Position numbers and translations under genes: made by a program. The notes below the pieces were generated by a model. The model saw only the letters and a program-made list of their open reading frames with translations. It had not been told where the DNA came from and made no database searches. 64,000 nt of DNA, from the NCBI GenBank assembly GCA_051294375.1, contig JBJCIZ010000239.1, positions 5,367,656 to 5,431,655 on the forward strand, in the 5' to 3' direction. Of the stretch, positions 1 to 13,606 are shown in pieces (position 1 is the first letter of the stretch; each line of letters opens with the position of its first letter). Source of the stretch: Paraspadella gotoi (Eukaryota > Animalia > Chaetognatha).

Positions 1-187
1 TTCGTTTTGATTATTTGGTTATATTATAACTTATTATAACTTTTTTCTTTTCTGAGATCAATGTTGACGTGGACTATGAAGTAAGAAAAAGTTCCGAATC
101 ATTCAAGGAACCAATTTTAACCTCTTGAGTCATTTCAATTACACTTTTTTTCTTTTTTTTCGCGCGCGACAGCCAGTCTGTGTCTCG

Positions 188-345
188 AATTGCATTACGT
201 TGCATTGCAATGTATTGTTTAGCAGTGCAGTGCATTGCAATAAATTGCACTGCATTTTGAATTGCAAAACATGAAATTGCATTGCACTGAATTTAATTTC
301 ATTGCATTTCTTTGCATTGCATTACATTTGATCGCATTGCATTGC
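188..345. repeat. Degenerate (TTGCA/ATTGC)n pentamer array
   Basis: Recurrent ttgca/tgcat units, e.g. aattgcattacgttgcattgcaatgtattg...gcattgcattgcc. Confidence 0.8.
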
Positions 346-400
346 CTCGGAGATGTTTTAAAACAGTCGCAATGGGAAAAGACCGGCGCTATGCGTGGGC

Positions 401-522
<122 letters not shown>

Positions 523-778
523 ATCGGAGTCAAAGTCGAGAGCAGCATTAAATTTTTTTTCTCCCTTCATTTTATGGCCTCCGTTTTTCATGAAGTCCGT
601 CGGCGGAATTGAAATTATTAATCTTTATTTTGCAGCCGTCGGGTTTTTTTCTTTTATTTTTTATTCTTTTTTATTTCTATTTTTTCTCTTTTTTTCTTTT
701 CGCGTGCAAATCCTGAAATGGAAAGATTTACAAGCAGATTCCATGACGTTGTAATTAGATGAAAGTGGACCTAGAAGC

Positions 779-836
<58 letters not shown>

Positions 837-2585
837 TGTTTTTCCGCTGACTTGCTTTTACAATGATCGTAAAAACCCCCCAAAAAAGTCTTTTTGGTCG
901 ATGCGTCGTCGCATCTCCGCAACAGGATTAGATGATAACTTAAAAATAAATGGTCAATAATCAATATTCATCATTCAGTACTTATTAATCAATAATAAAT
1001 ACTAAAAAGTTAAATTAACCTTTTCATCAGATGAAGCTGTTAGAAATGTTATTAGTAAAAAATCAAAGATTCTCTGAAGTCAATAAAATGAAATGTAATT
1101 TTAAAATAAGACGTCACATATTCTCTATCTTTCTCCCTCTTTCTCTCTCCTTCTTTTTTTTTTCCCAACTGATTTTACTCCCTCTTCTCCTTTCTCTCTC
1201 TCCCTTTCTTCCCCTCCCTCTCCTTCTCTCTCCCTACCCTCTCTACCACTCCTTTTCATCCCCTCCCTCTCTCCCTCCTCTTTCCTCCCTTCTCTCCCTT
1301 CCTTCCCCTTCCTCTCTCCTTTACCCACCCTCTCCTTCTCTCTTCCTACCCTCTCTCCACTCCTTTTCCTCCCCTTCCTCTTTCCCTCTCCCCCTTCCCT
1401 CTATCCCTCCCTCTCCCACCTTCCTCTCTTCCTCTCCCCTTTAATCCCGGGTCGCCTCATTTTACTTCTTTCCTTTTTTTCTTTTTTTTTCCGCTCGAAT
1501 TCGTTTCGTTTTTCTCCTCTTGTTTTCTTTTTTTCTTTTTTGTTTTTTATTTGTTTTTTGTTTTTTTGTTTTCTTTGATCTCTCGAGAGTCAGACGATGA
1601 GAGGAAAAAAATGATTCGATTTCAGGTTTTTCATTCCTGTTTTCTTTTTTGTTTTCTTCTTTGATTCTATTTCAGGTTGTTCATTCCTTTTTTCTTTTTG
1701 TATTCATTTTTATTTTTCGGTTGTTGTAGTTGTTGTTTTATTTTTGTTTGTTTGTTTTTGTCGTTGCTGCTGTTTTCATTTTTATTGTTGTTGTTTTGTT
1801 GTTTATGATCTTTCGTCGTATTTGTTGTTTCGTTGTTTTTCTTAGTTTGTTATTAGAAAGTTAGTAAGTGTTGTTTTTGTTTTGTTTTTTTGTCGTATTT
1901 GTTGTTTTGGTTTGTTAGCTGTTTTTATAATAGTTTGTTTTTATTGTTTTGGTTTTTCTGTTGTTGTTGTTGTTGTTGTTCTAGTTATTGTTGTCCTTAA
2001 TCCTGATGTTTGACAGACAACGAACCCACGTCGGTTTTCGATCTCTGACCCCAAAAATTCGCTGGAGGGAATTTAAGAGTCGTAATTTGATTAAGAAGAA
2101 AGAAAAAAAATATGGATTTCTCTTAGTTTTTTGTTGAATTTGCAAATAAAAAATAGGCAAAAAGAGGGTTTTTTTGTGTGTTTTTTTTTTTTTATTAAAA
2201 AGGCCGTTTACTAAATCGGCCATGCAACAAAAATGAAATGATTAAAGTAAATAAATTAGCAAGAAATTTAAAAAATTAAAAACTCTGAATTAAAAATTGA
2301 AGCGTCACCTATTTACACTAGGCCTAGTATGAATAAAATATTTTTAAAATATAACATATTATTACTAAACAAAAACTAAGAATAACGATTGAAAAAAAAT
2401 ATATTCTAAGAATTAAAACTAGTAGTTTGGAATGTAATAAATGGTATAAAATTCTATAATAATAATAATATATATACTTTTCGGTGAGCTCTTCATATTC
2501 TTATTTTGCAGCTGACGTTACATTCACAAATTAAGATAAATCTCACTTTTCTGAAAACGACAACGACGACGACGATGACGATGAC

Positions 2586-2617
<32 letters not shown>

Positions 2618-2735
2618 AGACGACGACAACCAAGCGAAACAAAAGATCTTTTTATCGGAAAAAGAAAATCACTTTATCCAATTCGTTTCTTTCTTCCAAT
2701 AAAATCCACTTTATTTCCGCTTTGTCTCTCTCTCT

Positions 2736-3270
2736 NNNNNNNNNNNNNNNNNNNNNNNNNNNNNNNNNNNNNNNNNNNNNNNNNNNNNNNNNNNNNNNNN
2801 NNNNNNNNNNNNNNNNNNNNNNNNNNNNNNNNNNNNNNNNNNNNNNNNNNNNNNNNNNNNNNNNNNNNNNNNNNNNNNNNNNNNNNNNNNNNNNNNNNNN
2901 NNNNNNNNNNNNNNNNNNNNNNNNNNNNNNNNNNNNNNNNNNNNNNNNNNNNNNNNNNNNNNNNNNNNNNNNNNNNNNNNNNNNNNNNNNNNNNNNNNNN
3001 NNNNNNNNNNNNNNNNNNNNNNNNNNNNNNNNNNNNNNNNNNNNNNNNNNNNNNNNNNNNNNNNNNNNNNNNNNNNNNNNNNNNNNNNNNNNNNNNNNNN
3101 NNNNNNNNNNNNNNNNNNNNNNNNNNNNNNNNNNNNNNNNNNNNNNNNNNNNNNNNNNNNNNNNNNNNNNNNNNNNNNNNNNNNNNNNNNNNNNNNNNNN
3201 NNNNNNNNNNNNNNNNNNNNNNNNNNNNNNNNNNNNNNNNNNNNNNNNNNNNNNNNNNNNNNNNNNNNNN
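2736..3270. other. Assembly gap (N run)
   Basis: Ns. Other long gaps: 19820-20058, 41001-41227, 50860-51571, 52077-52280, 53250-53441. Confidence 0.99.
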
Positions 3271-3396
3271 AACAAGAACCTCAGTCATGTAGCTCCTCTC
3301 CTCAAAAATGAAACCAAGCAGATGCTTGCTAACTCCGCCAAGCAGCCCATCCAGCGTCGCGTCAAAACTCCTGCCCGAACGCCCCCATCCTCCCCC
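3271..3396 (+). CDS. Possible coding fragment emerging from the gap (NKNLSHVAPLLKNETKQMLANSAKQPIQRRVKTPARTPPSSP), unknown product
   Basis: High-complexity open frame with many C/G third positions; 5' end hidden by Ns; no splice donor or family recognised. Confidence 0.25.
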
Positions 3397-3881
3397 CTAC
3401 GCCCCCCCTTCTCGTCTCCTCTCCTTCGCTCTCCATCCTTCTTTTTCTTTTCTCGAAGGGAGGAAAGGAAGGAAATGAAGGAAATGATAAAGAATTAGGG
3501 AAAAAAGAAAAAAAGAAAGAAGGAAAGAAAGAAAAAAAGAAAGAAAGAAAGAAAGAATGAATAATGAATAAAAAACCAAAACGAAGTAACTAATCTATTT
3601 TTCATATTTTCCCCCTCTCTTATTTTTTTGCCGTTCCTTCTCGAAATTAATCATAAAGGTAAGTCACATTACTTCTCACTGATATTTTTTTCTTTATCAT
3701 TCGATCGACTCGAATTGTGTCAACTATTTCAGTCTCATGGACAATTAATAACAATGTCAAAGTTTAGAGTTTTAAATTAGCTCGAGATAAAATTGAAACC
3801 ACAAAAATGAAAACGACGACGACGACGACGACGCCGACAACGACAACGACGGCGAAAAACTCTCCCTTCCTCCGTTCGTGA

Positions 3882-3945
<64 letters not shown>

Positions 3946-4439
3946 ATTTTTTCTTTCGCGTCGGAAATCGACGTCCGTCCTTCATTTCTGGTCGCGCCCT
4001 CTTTTTTTTTGGGCAGGGAGAATTCGTCGACGTCTTTTTTCGTCGTCGTTTTCGTCGTCGTTTTCGTCGTCATCATTTTATTTGTCGTCGTCATGGACGT
4101 CGGCGTCATCATCATTTTTGACGTATTCGCTTTTTATGATGAGACCAAAACTAAACCAATAGTAAACCCCGACGATGGCTAATCAATATTATCACAATCT
4201 GTATGAAAAGGAAACATAATCAAAACATATCAATAGTATTATAACAAACATTAATTGTTTATAAACAGATATTTATTGTTTATATTTTTAACCACTTTTA
4301 CAAAAGGAAGTTAAGAGCGACGAAGTACAACGAGAGTTGATGTCCTACATTTACGCATCGAACCTTTTTCTTAGATGGCGTTGCACCCCACGGCACTTTC
4401 TCTTTTCACGAATCTAAACAGATGACGCTACTGATTACC

Positions 4440-4602
4440 TCCTGGCCCTTCGAGGTCATCTCGGCCTTTGATCCCCTCCTCGCTCTACGGGATCCCCTCC
4501 TGGTCGCGCGAGGCTTGGCTTGGCTTGGCTTGGCCCCTCCTCGCCTGCGAGGTCATCTTTGCCCTTGATCCCCTGCTGGTCCTGCGAGATCATCTTTGCC
4601 CT
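4440..4602. repeat. GC-rich degenerate ~37 bp minisatellite
   Basis: Unit like cctgcgaggtcatctttgcccttgatcccctgctggt, about 3-4 partial copies, interrupted by (ggctt)4. Confidence 0.65.
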
Positions 4603-5091
4603 CTGAGTAGCCTCTTCGTTCGATGAAACCCTCCTTGCCCGCCTATGCCCCTGTCCGCCTCAACATAGCCCCGCCTTTTCTTCTTCTCTTCATCTTCGAC
4701 GCCCCCCCGGCCCCTCCGAAAAAAAACCCGATAAACTGGACGGCGACTTCGAATTGCAGAATGTCGCTATTGCAATTTGATTCCGTTGTCGCAAGTCTGA
4801 ATACTTTCTTGCATCAATAGCATTTTTTGTTCCACCACCGTGACTAGATTCGCTTTTTCTCTCTCTCTCTCTCTCTCCTCCTCTCTCCTCTATACAGTCT
4901 TCTCCGTCCTCTCTCTCATCTCGCTTCCTCTCTCTCTCTTCTACTTATTCCGTCCTCTCTCTCTCAGTCTCTCTCCCGCTCTCCTCTTCCTCTCTACTGT
5001 CTCATCTGATCTCCCTCTCTCCCCCGTCGCTCCCATCTCTCCTGCCTCTCCATCATCTCATCCTCTCTCTTCTCTCTCTCTCTCTCCATGT

Positions 5092-5130
<39 letters not shown>

Positions 5131-5833
5131 ATCTCTTTCTCTCTCTCCCTCTTCTCGTCTTTCTCTTTTTTCATTTTTTTCTTTGCCTCTTTCAACTGTC
5201 TCCAACTCGCTTTTTTTTCTCCTTCTTTTTACTCACTCTGTCTTCCTCTCTCTCTTCCCCTTTCTCTATTTCTTCCATCATTTCATCTCTTTCCTTTCCT
5301 CCCTTTTATTTCCCTTAATTTTTCCCTTTTATCTTCCTCTCTTTTTTCCCCCTTTTCTCCTTTTCCTTTCCCTTTATATCCTTTCCTCCATTTCCTTTTC
5401 CTCCTTTCTTCCTTTTCCTTTTCCTCCTTTCCTCCCTTTCCATTCTTTTTCCTCCTTTCCTCTCTTTCCTTTTCCTTTTTCTCCCTTCCATTTTCCTTCC
5501 CTTTCCATCTCTACCAGACCCAATGATCCATCTATCCTTTTTTCTCTCCTTATTTTCCCCAAATCCAACGTCGCTAATGTAGCTCAAAAGAGAAAGAAAA
5601 AAAAGAAAAAAGGAATCTCCATCAAAACTGAAGGGACCGAGAATTCCACGCTGTCGTAACGTCGTTTGTTTAAAAATCTCGTTAGCAATATTGATTCTAC
5701 CAAATTTCATTTTACGATTTGATCACTTCGAAAGGTTTTTTTTTAAATGTTATTTTAAGAATATTATAAAAACCAACAGACAGACGGACCAACTTAGATT
5801 CTCAAACTCACCCTCACTTACCCTCTGACTTAC

Positions 5834-5947
5834 CTTGGCCGGGTTAACCCTGTGTCTCTGCTCTTTCACCGGGTTAATCACCCGGCGGAATCACAAGGTT
5901 TCACGGCTCTCACCTCACACGGCTGCTTTCCTTTTAAGGGCTTTGAG
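5834..5947 (-). other. Exon-like unit (114 nt) with stops in all three frames; non-coding or terminating exon candidate
   Basis: Minus strand reads (CT)n tract...ctggtctAG|ctcaaagcc...ggccaag|GTAAGT, with two further donors 12 and 22 nt downstream. Confidence 0.4.
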
Positions 5948-5957
5948 CTAGACCAGG

Positions 5958-6087
<130 letters not shown>

Positions 6088-6716
6088 AAATAGGTTAACG
6101 GGCATCGGGGGGGAAGGAAGGGAGAAGCAAGCAATTAAAGCGAGAGATAGAAAAGCAAGCGATCATATGGAGAGAAGGATTTGCAAGCAGAAATAAAGAT
6201 ATATGGCAACTGGCGTTCGAAGGGAGGATGAAAATAGCAAGCAGAGGGAAAAGGCGAGAGGGTGTTCTTAGGGAGAGAATGAAGCAAGGAAGCCGCGTGG
6301 AAGAGAAAGTTAAGCAAGTATTCGGAAGTAAGGACGAAGCAAGTAAGCAGAGAGGATGAGAAAGCTAAAAAAAAAAGTATTCAAGCAGGCAGAGATAAAG
6401 ATTAAGGCGAACAAGAAATCGGATGAAAGCAAGCGGAGAGGATGAAGGAAGACAAAGGAGAGAGAGGGATGGAGAAGCAAGCAATCAAAGAAAAAAAAGA
6501 AAGGCAAACAAGCATTCAGAAGGACGTTTCTTTCAAAGTTTTTTTTTCCAACGAGATTATTTTTCGCGTTGGGAATTTTTGATTTTTCTTTCTTTCGAGA
6601 TTTTCTCCGATTTTTTTCCGTTTTTCATTCGAGTCTTTTCTGCCCGTCAGTTGCTCTTTTATCTTTGACGTTCGTTGTTGTTGTTGTTGTTGATGGAGTT
6701 TCAGTATCATTGATGG

Positions 6717-6942
6717 AATTGGTACAACCAATATAAATATTATCCATTCATTTAATAAATAAGCTATCTTGCCCCTGACTTTGGACAGGCTTTGGTGGTT
6801 TAAGGCCTCCATCACTCTTACAAGATATTGACAAAGCGGGTCCCAGCAAGCTTTCAATCCAGACTCTCTCATAATCTCGTTTATTTACTCACAGTGTACC
6901 TGGCTTCCCTATCAATGAAGTAGCATAATATTTCAAAGAATG
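6717..6942 (+). mobile_element. Dispersed ~225 bp repeat family A (SINE-like), full-length copy
   Basis: aattggtacaa...aagctatcttgcccctgactttggacaggctttggtggtttaaggcctccatcactcttacaaga...gcaagctttcaatccagactctctca...cctggcttccctatcaatgaag; close match to 52931-53146 with unrelated flanks. Confidence 0.8.
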
Positions 6943-8487
6943 ATGGGTGCTAGTAACTGAGTATTACATAGATGTTGACTCGAATAGTTTAAGGTCAGTG
7001 GCGTTTTTTTTTATAAAACTAAGTATGTATTTCTCGGTCAAAAAAATAGCATCTTAAGATGACCATCTTTCACTCTTGGCCGCGCTCGCTGAAGAGACAT
7101 AATATGTAGCCGTTGTGAGCTATATTCTAACCCGGTGGTGCATTGAGTAAATATCCCAGCTAAGGATGTTGAGCTACTGAGATCGATCCTGCATTAAGTC
7201 ATGTTCCAAAAAAGTGACGGAAAGCAATCTACACCTAAGCCCCCATCCACAAACGCTTCCTTTATTTAATATATATTATAACAAATGTTAGTTCTGTATA
7301 TTTTTACATTTTCCGTCAGTCGCTTTCTTGACGAGCTTTATCAAACTTGAAAGGATTTTAAGTCGAATTTTCTTTATTTTTTTTTTGTTAGAAAAAAAGC
7401 TTTTTTCAAAAATTTATATGCAAATTTTTTTTTGTGACATGAAACGGTTTTTGCTTATCACTTTTTCGTCAATTTTTTTTTCTTTTTTTTACAAAACTGC
7501 ATTAATTCATTTTCGTTCTTTCTTTTTATATAAATTTTTTTTAATTTCTTTTTTATGCTTCAATTTTTTTCTCTAATCTTCAATTTCTATCTTATCTTTT
7601 AATTTTTTTTCCTTTTTATATTTTGTAAAAAAAATTCTTTTTTTTTTACTTTTTTTCGTTATTAGTATAATTTTGCTTCGGTTTATTTGCAGAAAAATTT
7701 TGTTTATTTATATTTTTTCTTGAATTTGCTTTAAAATTTTTTTGTTATAGTACTGTAATGCTATCTAATATTCTGTAGTTTAATAGGTACGTTGAGGAAA
7801 AACTAACTACAATTTTTCTTCTCGTGGATTTAGCTTGTTTATATATAGATAGAACTTGAATTTATATTCCAAGTCTTGAAACTCAAATTTTTGCAAAAGT
7901 AGTTTATTCACAAATCAAAATAAAAAACGATTTTAGGATAATCAAAGTACTATAGGATACACACCAACTATATTAAACAAAACCTTTTACCTATGACGAA
8001 TGTGAGAGAGAGAGAGAGAGAGACGAGAATGAGAGAGAGAGATGAGAGAAGAGAGAGAGAGAGACTGAGAGAGAGAGAGAGAGAGATTCATTTTCTTTTT
8101 CGCGTCTTCGCGAAAAGAAAAGAAACGAGAAAAATATTTAGATTTTTTTATGACAAGAAAAAAAATGTTTTTATTAATGAATTCGATTTTGACGATTTCA
8201 CAGTCGGTGAGACGACGACGACAACGATGAAGACGAGAACGACGATTGCCATTCTAACCACGTGGCAAGCGAAAAGGCAAAAATAAATGAAAAAATTAAA
8301 TGAGAAACATTAAACAAAAAACAACAAAGAGAAAGAGAAAGAGAAAGAGAAAGAGAAAGACGGAAAACTCATTGCACTATTTAACTATTTCATATCTATG
8401 TATCTATTATAGCAATTTCAAATTCAGCTCCTTGTATTTTGACTCAGAGTACAATATAGTATTCGCCTATCAATTATAAAATTGAAA

Positions 8488-8670
8488 CATTCTTTGAACC
8501 ATGATACCAATTAGTTGATAAGGAAGCCAGGAACTCAGGGAGCGAATAACGGAAACGAGTCTTGCTCGAAAGCTTGCTATGTCAATATCACGTAAGATGG
8601 ATGGAGGCCTTAAACCACCAAAGCCTCTGCAAAGCTAACGGCAAATAGATAATTCATTAAAGGAAAGAAT
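8488..8670 (-). mobile_element. Repeat family A, inverted diverged copy
   Basis: gatggaggccttaaaccaccaaagcc, gaaagcttgc and ttgataaggaagccagg are reverse complements of family A blocks. Confidence 0.75.
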
Positions 8671-8954
8671 TTAATGCTTCCTTCAGATTTTTTTTCGTCG
8701 CAACGTTTTTTGTTTTTTGTTTCTTGTTTTTTGTTTCGTTTTTATTCCCAAAAATCAAAAGGAAGTAAAACTTGAAAGGGCAAAGCGGAGTCGCCAGAAA
8801 CGGGACATTGAGGACGACGATGAAGACGACGAAGACGACGAAGACGAAGAAGAAGACGAAGAGGATGACGATGATGATGACGACGGAGAGGAATGGGACG
8901 AGAGAAATGAAAAAAAAATAAATACCGTTAAATCTGGGTTGCTTAATAAAATAC

Positions 8955-9008
<54 letters not shown>

Positions 9009-9511
9009 GCGACGCACTTTTATTACTTTCTAGGTTAAAATTTTAGTTTCTTTGGGTCGAAAATTTCTCTTTAAACTTGAAAAGAGATTTTTCGAAAGGT
9101 CAGACCCGATGCTTTTGGTCTTTCCAAAGTTTATGGTCGAAAATTTAATACTGTCTCAAAATATTGTAAAAAAAATGTAATTTGTTTTTTTATTTAAGCT
9201 TTTTATAAAGATGTTTATCTTACTAAAACTAATAATCTCTATAAACGAACTAAAAAAATATTCTTTTTTTGCTTTTGTATACGTTTGAACTTTTATAAAC
9301 TATTCATAAAGCTAAAAAAAATTGTTTGTCTTTTCTTAGAAATTCTAATGCGCCCTCTATCGTCGACCTCGCGTCTCTGATCCCCCGAAAAAAAATAAAC
9401 AGATGAACAAAACAAAAAAAATATTCATATTTTTTTCCCCCGACCCTTTTTTCGTTTATGAAATCCTTAACTGATTGATTATTCTTTTCCCGCCCTATTT
9501 CAACTTCTTCT

Positions 9512-9594
<83 letters not shown>

Positions 9595-10188
9595 GTTCTC
9601 TCTCTCTTCTCGCCACCAACCGTGCCTGCCAGTTTTTCCCGTCAACCGACAATGCTTTATTTGTTGTTCCCACATAAGGCTATACTTTTTGTTTTTCAAA
9701 TTTAAAAGTTTAACTCTTTGCTACCTCCACAAAAAAAGCTTTTATGATTAGTTTTAGTTTATAACCATCGCACCCTGAATTAACCGCCTAAGCGACAAAA
9801 AGACAAAGCGTTATAGTGTAATACATTTTTAAATGCCGTCGTTCTCCACTTTGAAATCGCTTCTTCTAATCGAAATTAATGAGACTTTATACGCTCATAT
9901 TTTCTGATCTGTTTATAATTTCCCTTTTCCAATTCTACAAACCGTCAGTCTTCTATCTTTCTTTTCTATTTAGCTTCCTCTCTCCTCTCTATTTACCTCC
10001 ATTCTACCTATCTATTTACCCTTTTGCTCAGCTCACCTCTCTCTGGTAACACTTCTCCGAGTCCGAGTGTACGCAATTTAATTACCTTAATTAATTAATC
10101 GCGACGTGATATCAAGAGTTTTCAAGAAGCGATCACCTTACAACGCAACTGGTGCAAATTTTTGATTGGCGTAACCGCTGAAAGACTC

Positions 10189-10311
<123 letters not shown>

Positions 10312-10489
10312 CTCCCTCATTTTCTCTCCTCTCCCTCCCTCTCTTCTTCCCCCCAGCCTTTCCTCGTTATGAATTCCGCGTTATCTTTTTTGCTTCTTTC
10401 TCGATTATTTACGATGTGGGGTTTTCGCCTTTCCCGTCACCTTCTCACTCCCCCTCTCGCCCTCTTTCCTTTCCTCCCCTCCATCCTAT

Positions 10490-10920
10490 TCTCCCTACTC
10501 CATCCTATCCTAACCTATCCTTCTATCGTATCCTCCTATCCTAACCTATCCTCTTATCCTCCCTATTCCCCATCCATTTTAGGCTCTTTCCTCCTATCCT
10601 ACCCTATCCTTCTACCGTCCAATCCACCTATCCTATCCTATTCTCCTATCCTCCCTACTCCCTATCTATTTCCCCCTCTACCCTCCTATCCTACCCTATC
10701 CTCCTACCGTCTTATCCTACTCTATCCTCCTACCCTCCTATCCTCTTAATCTCACCTTAATCTCATCTTAATCTCACCATAATCTCATCCTTTCCTTCTA
10801 ATCTCCCCTTAATCTCATCTTAATCTCACCTTAATATCATCATATCCCCTAACCTCCCCTTAATATCATCTTAATCTCACCTTAATCTCATCCTATCCTC
10901 CTAATCTCCCTTTAATCTCC
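10490..10920. repeat. Composite minisatellite: degenerate (CCTAT)n followed by an ~11 bp (TTAATCTCAYC)n array
   Basis: ctatcctaacctatcc... then ttaatctcaccttaatctcatcttaatctcacc...; duplicated at ~26930-27375 and inverted at ~12820-13270. Confidence 0.85.
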
Positions 10921-11493
10921 CTTTTTCATTCTGTCTCCCTTTATTTGTCTTCATTATCTTCATGTTTCAGCTTTCTTCGTTTTTTTACCTTTTTTCCTTT
11001 AAACTTTTTTTCCCTGCATTTTTTTGGTCATTATTTATTAATGATTTGTTATTTTTTTGCATTTTTTTCTCTCCAAGTTTTAAATAAGATAAAACGGAAA
11101 GAATTAACACGTAAATTTCCCCAGCTTTACTTATGTACGTCCAAAAAAAGTAACCAAGGTTTAAAAATTCGATTCTGTTTTGTAACTAATGTTTCTAATA
11201 TATTTTTTTTATTATTTAATCAACTTTGTCTCTCTCTCATAAAGAAAGTTTCTACTACTAATTATCTCCGAAGATGATTATCTTTCTGCTCCTTGCCTGC
11301 TTCCCAACAACGAAAGAAAGGGACAAAAACAACAACAATAACATCGACAAGCAGAAAAACAACAACATCAACTTCAGAATTTTTTTCACAAGTCGCCTTC
11401 TTCAATCTCACGATTCCATCGGCAACAAACTTGATCAGTTTTTATTCTTTTACACTAGTTTTATTTTCGTTTTATTTCGTTCATTATTAACGA

Positions 11494-11634
11494 AATTGGT
11501 TCAAAGAATATAAAATTTATCCTTTTATTCAACAATAAAAGCTATCCTGCCCCTGACTTTGCACAATGCACATAGTAGGATGATAACGTAGCAGGTCCCT
11601 GCAAGCTGTCAATCAAGACTCCCAGAGTACCTGG
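11494..11634 (+). mobile_element. Repeat family A, internally deleted copy
   Basis: aattggttcaa...aagctatcctgcccctgactttg...gcaggtccctgcaagctgtcaatcaagactcccagagtacctgg. Confidence 0.75.
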
Positions 11635-12109
11635 GATGATTCTGTTCCCTTTCCCTTAAATTCCATTCATTTTGAATCATTTCCTCTTTCTTCATCTTTC
11701 TTCTCTTCTCCTCCTTTTACTTCATTTTCGTCGTTCATGTTTCCCCCTTTCGCTTCATTTGTCGAATCCACTTCCGTTTCATTAATTCTTTCCGCCTTTT
11801 TTTTAATTTTCTCTCCTTTTTATTTTCTTTTCTTTTTTTACTCCTCTCCATTTTTTTGCCTGTCTGTTTCTCTTCTTTTTCTCTCTTTCTCCGGTGCCCC
11901 AACCTATCTTTTTTTTACACCTTTCTATTTTTCACCTGTCTTTTTTTTTCTTCCCCGCCCGTTATGTCGACGCTAATGTCTTTATCGCGGTTTCCTCACC
12001 TCCACGAGACTAACTTACTTTTTTTTTCTTTCTTTTTTCTTTTTTTTTTTTTACATCGTCAACATACTGCAGCAAATACAACACTGAGTGTGAAAGAGAG
12101 AATCCATAC

Positions 12110-13518
12110 CTGGGTATCGTGCAAGTTTGTGGCCGATGGAATCGTGAGACTTGAAGATGGTCGAGATTGTTGGTAAACGAAAATTGCTAACGGTGTATCG
12201 TTTGATATGATGTATTATTGTGACGCTTGTCTCTGATGTATACATGTGTTGGTTTTTAACTGGATACCCACTGTGTACTGATCGATCGGATCTCTCTGGG
12301 AAGATAGAGACTCGGTCACGCAGACGAGGAGTAACAACAGAAAAACGGATAATCCACTACCGACCCAATTTGGATTTTCTTCTGCCCAGCGAGATGAAGT
12401 ATGAAAGTTAGACGCCTACAGCATAATATTTGCTTCTCTTCCTATGAACTCAGAAGAGAGGAGCAAGAAGTATGAAGAAAACATCTAAATAATGAGAGAA
12501 AAAAATATATTAAAACATTAGTTTACAAAACAGAATCGAAATTTTTAAACCTTGGTTACTTTTTTTGGAACGTACATAAGTAAAAGCTGGGGAAATTTAT
12601 GATGTTTAATTTCTTTCCGTTTTATCTTATTTAAAACTTGGAGAAGAGAGAAAAGAAAAAAAGTGGAACATTAAAAAAAAATAACAAATCTATTATAAAT
12701 AATGACCAAAAAAATGCAGGGAAAAAAAGTTTAAAGGAAAAAGGCTAAAAAAACGAAGAAAGCTTGAAACATGAAGATAATTGAAGACAAATAAAGGGAG
12801 ACAGAATGAAAAAGGGAGGATTAAAGGGAGATTAGGAGGATAGGATGAGATTAAGGTGAGATTAAGATGATATTAAGGGGAGAGTTAGGGATATGATGAT
12901 ATTAAGGTGAGATTAAGAATGAGATTAAGGGGAGATTAGAAGGAAAGGATGAGATTATGGTGAGATTAAGATGAGATTTAAGGTGAGATTAAGAGGATAG
13001 GAGGGTAGGAGGATAGAGTAGGATAAGACAGGTAGGAGGATAGGGTAGGATAGGAGGGTAGAGGGGGAAATAGATAGGGAGTAGGGAGGATATAGGAGAA
13101 TAGGATAGGATAGGTGGATTGGACGGTAGAAAGGATAGGGTAGGATAGGAGGAAAGAGCCTAAAATGGATGGGGAATAGGGAGGATAAGAGGATAGGTTA
13201 GGATAGGAGGATACGATAAGAAGGATAGGTTAGTGATTAGGATGGAAGTAGGGAGAATAGATGGATGGGGGAGGAAAGGAAAGAGGGCGAGAGGGGGAGT
13301 GAGAAAATGTGAGCGACGGGAAAAGGCGAAAACCCCACATGCTATAATATATCGAGAAAAGAAGCAAAAAAGATAACGCGGAATTCATAACGACGGAAAG
13401 GAGGACTAAGGAGTGGGGGAAGAAGAGAGGGAGGAGAAGAGGGAGAAATGAGGAGGGATGGAGAGGAGAGAGAGAGAGAGAGAGATGAGAGAGGAGAGAG
13501 AGATGAGAGAGAGAGGTT

Positions 13519-13555
<37 letters not shown>

Positions 13556-13569
13556 GAGAGAGAGAGAGA

Positions 13570-13606
<37 letters not shown>

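Noticed and set aside
6785-6870. Family A core as an intact tRNA gene
   Set aside because: I cannot fold a cloverleaf and the B box is degenerate; at most tRNA-derived.
7089-7120. CUGAAGA followed by a small hairpin (gacat aat atgt)
   Set aside because: No GAAA after the stem, so not a hammerhead core.
8717-9046. Acidic ORF (KRSRQKRDIEDDDEDD...)
   Set aside because: Built on a GAC/GAA repeat common in this window, runs into (GA)n, and lacks clear splice signals.
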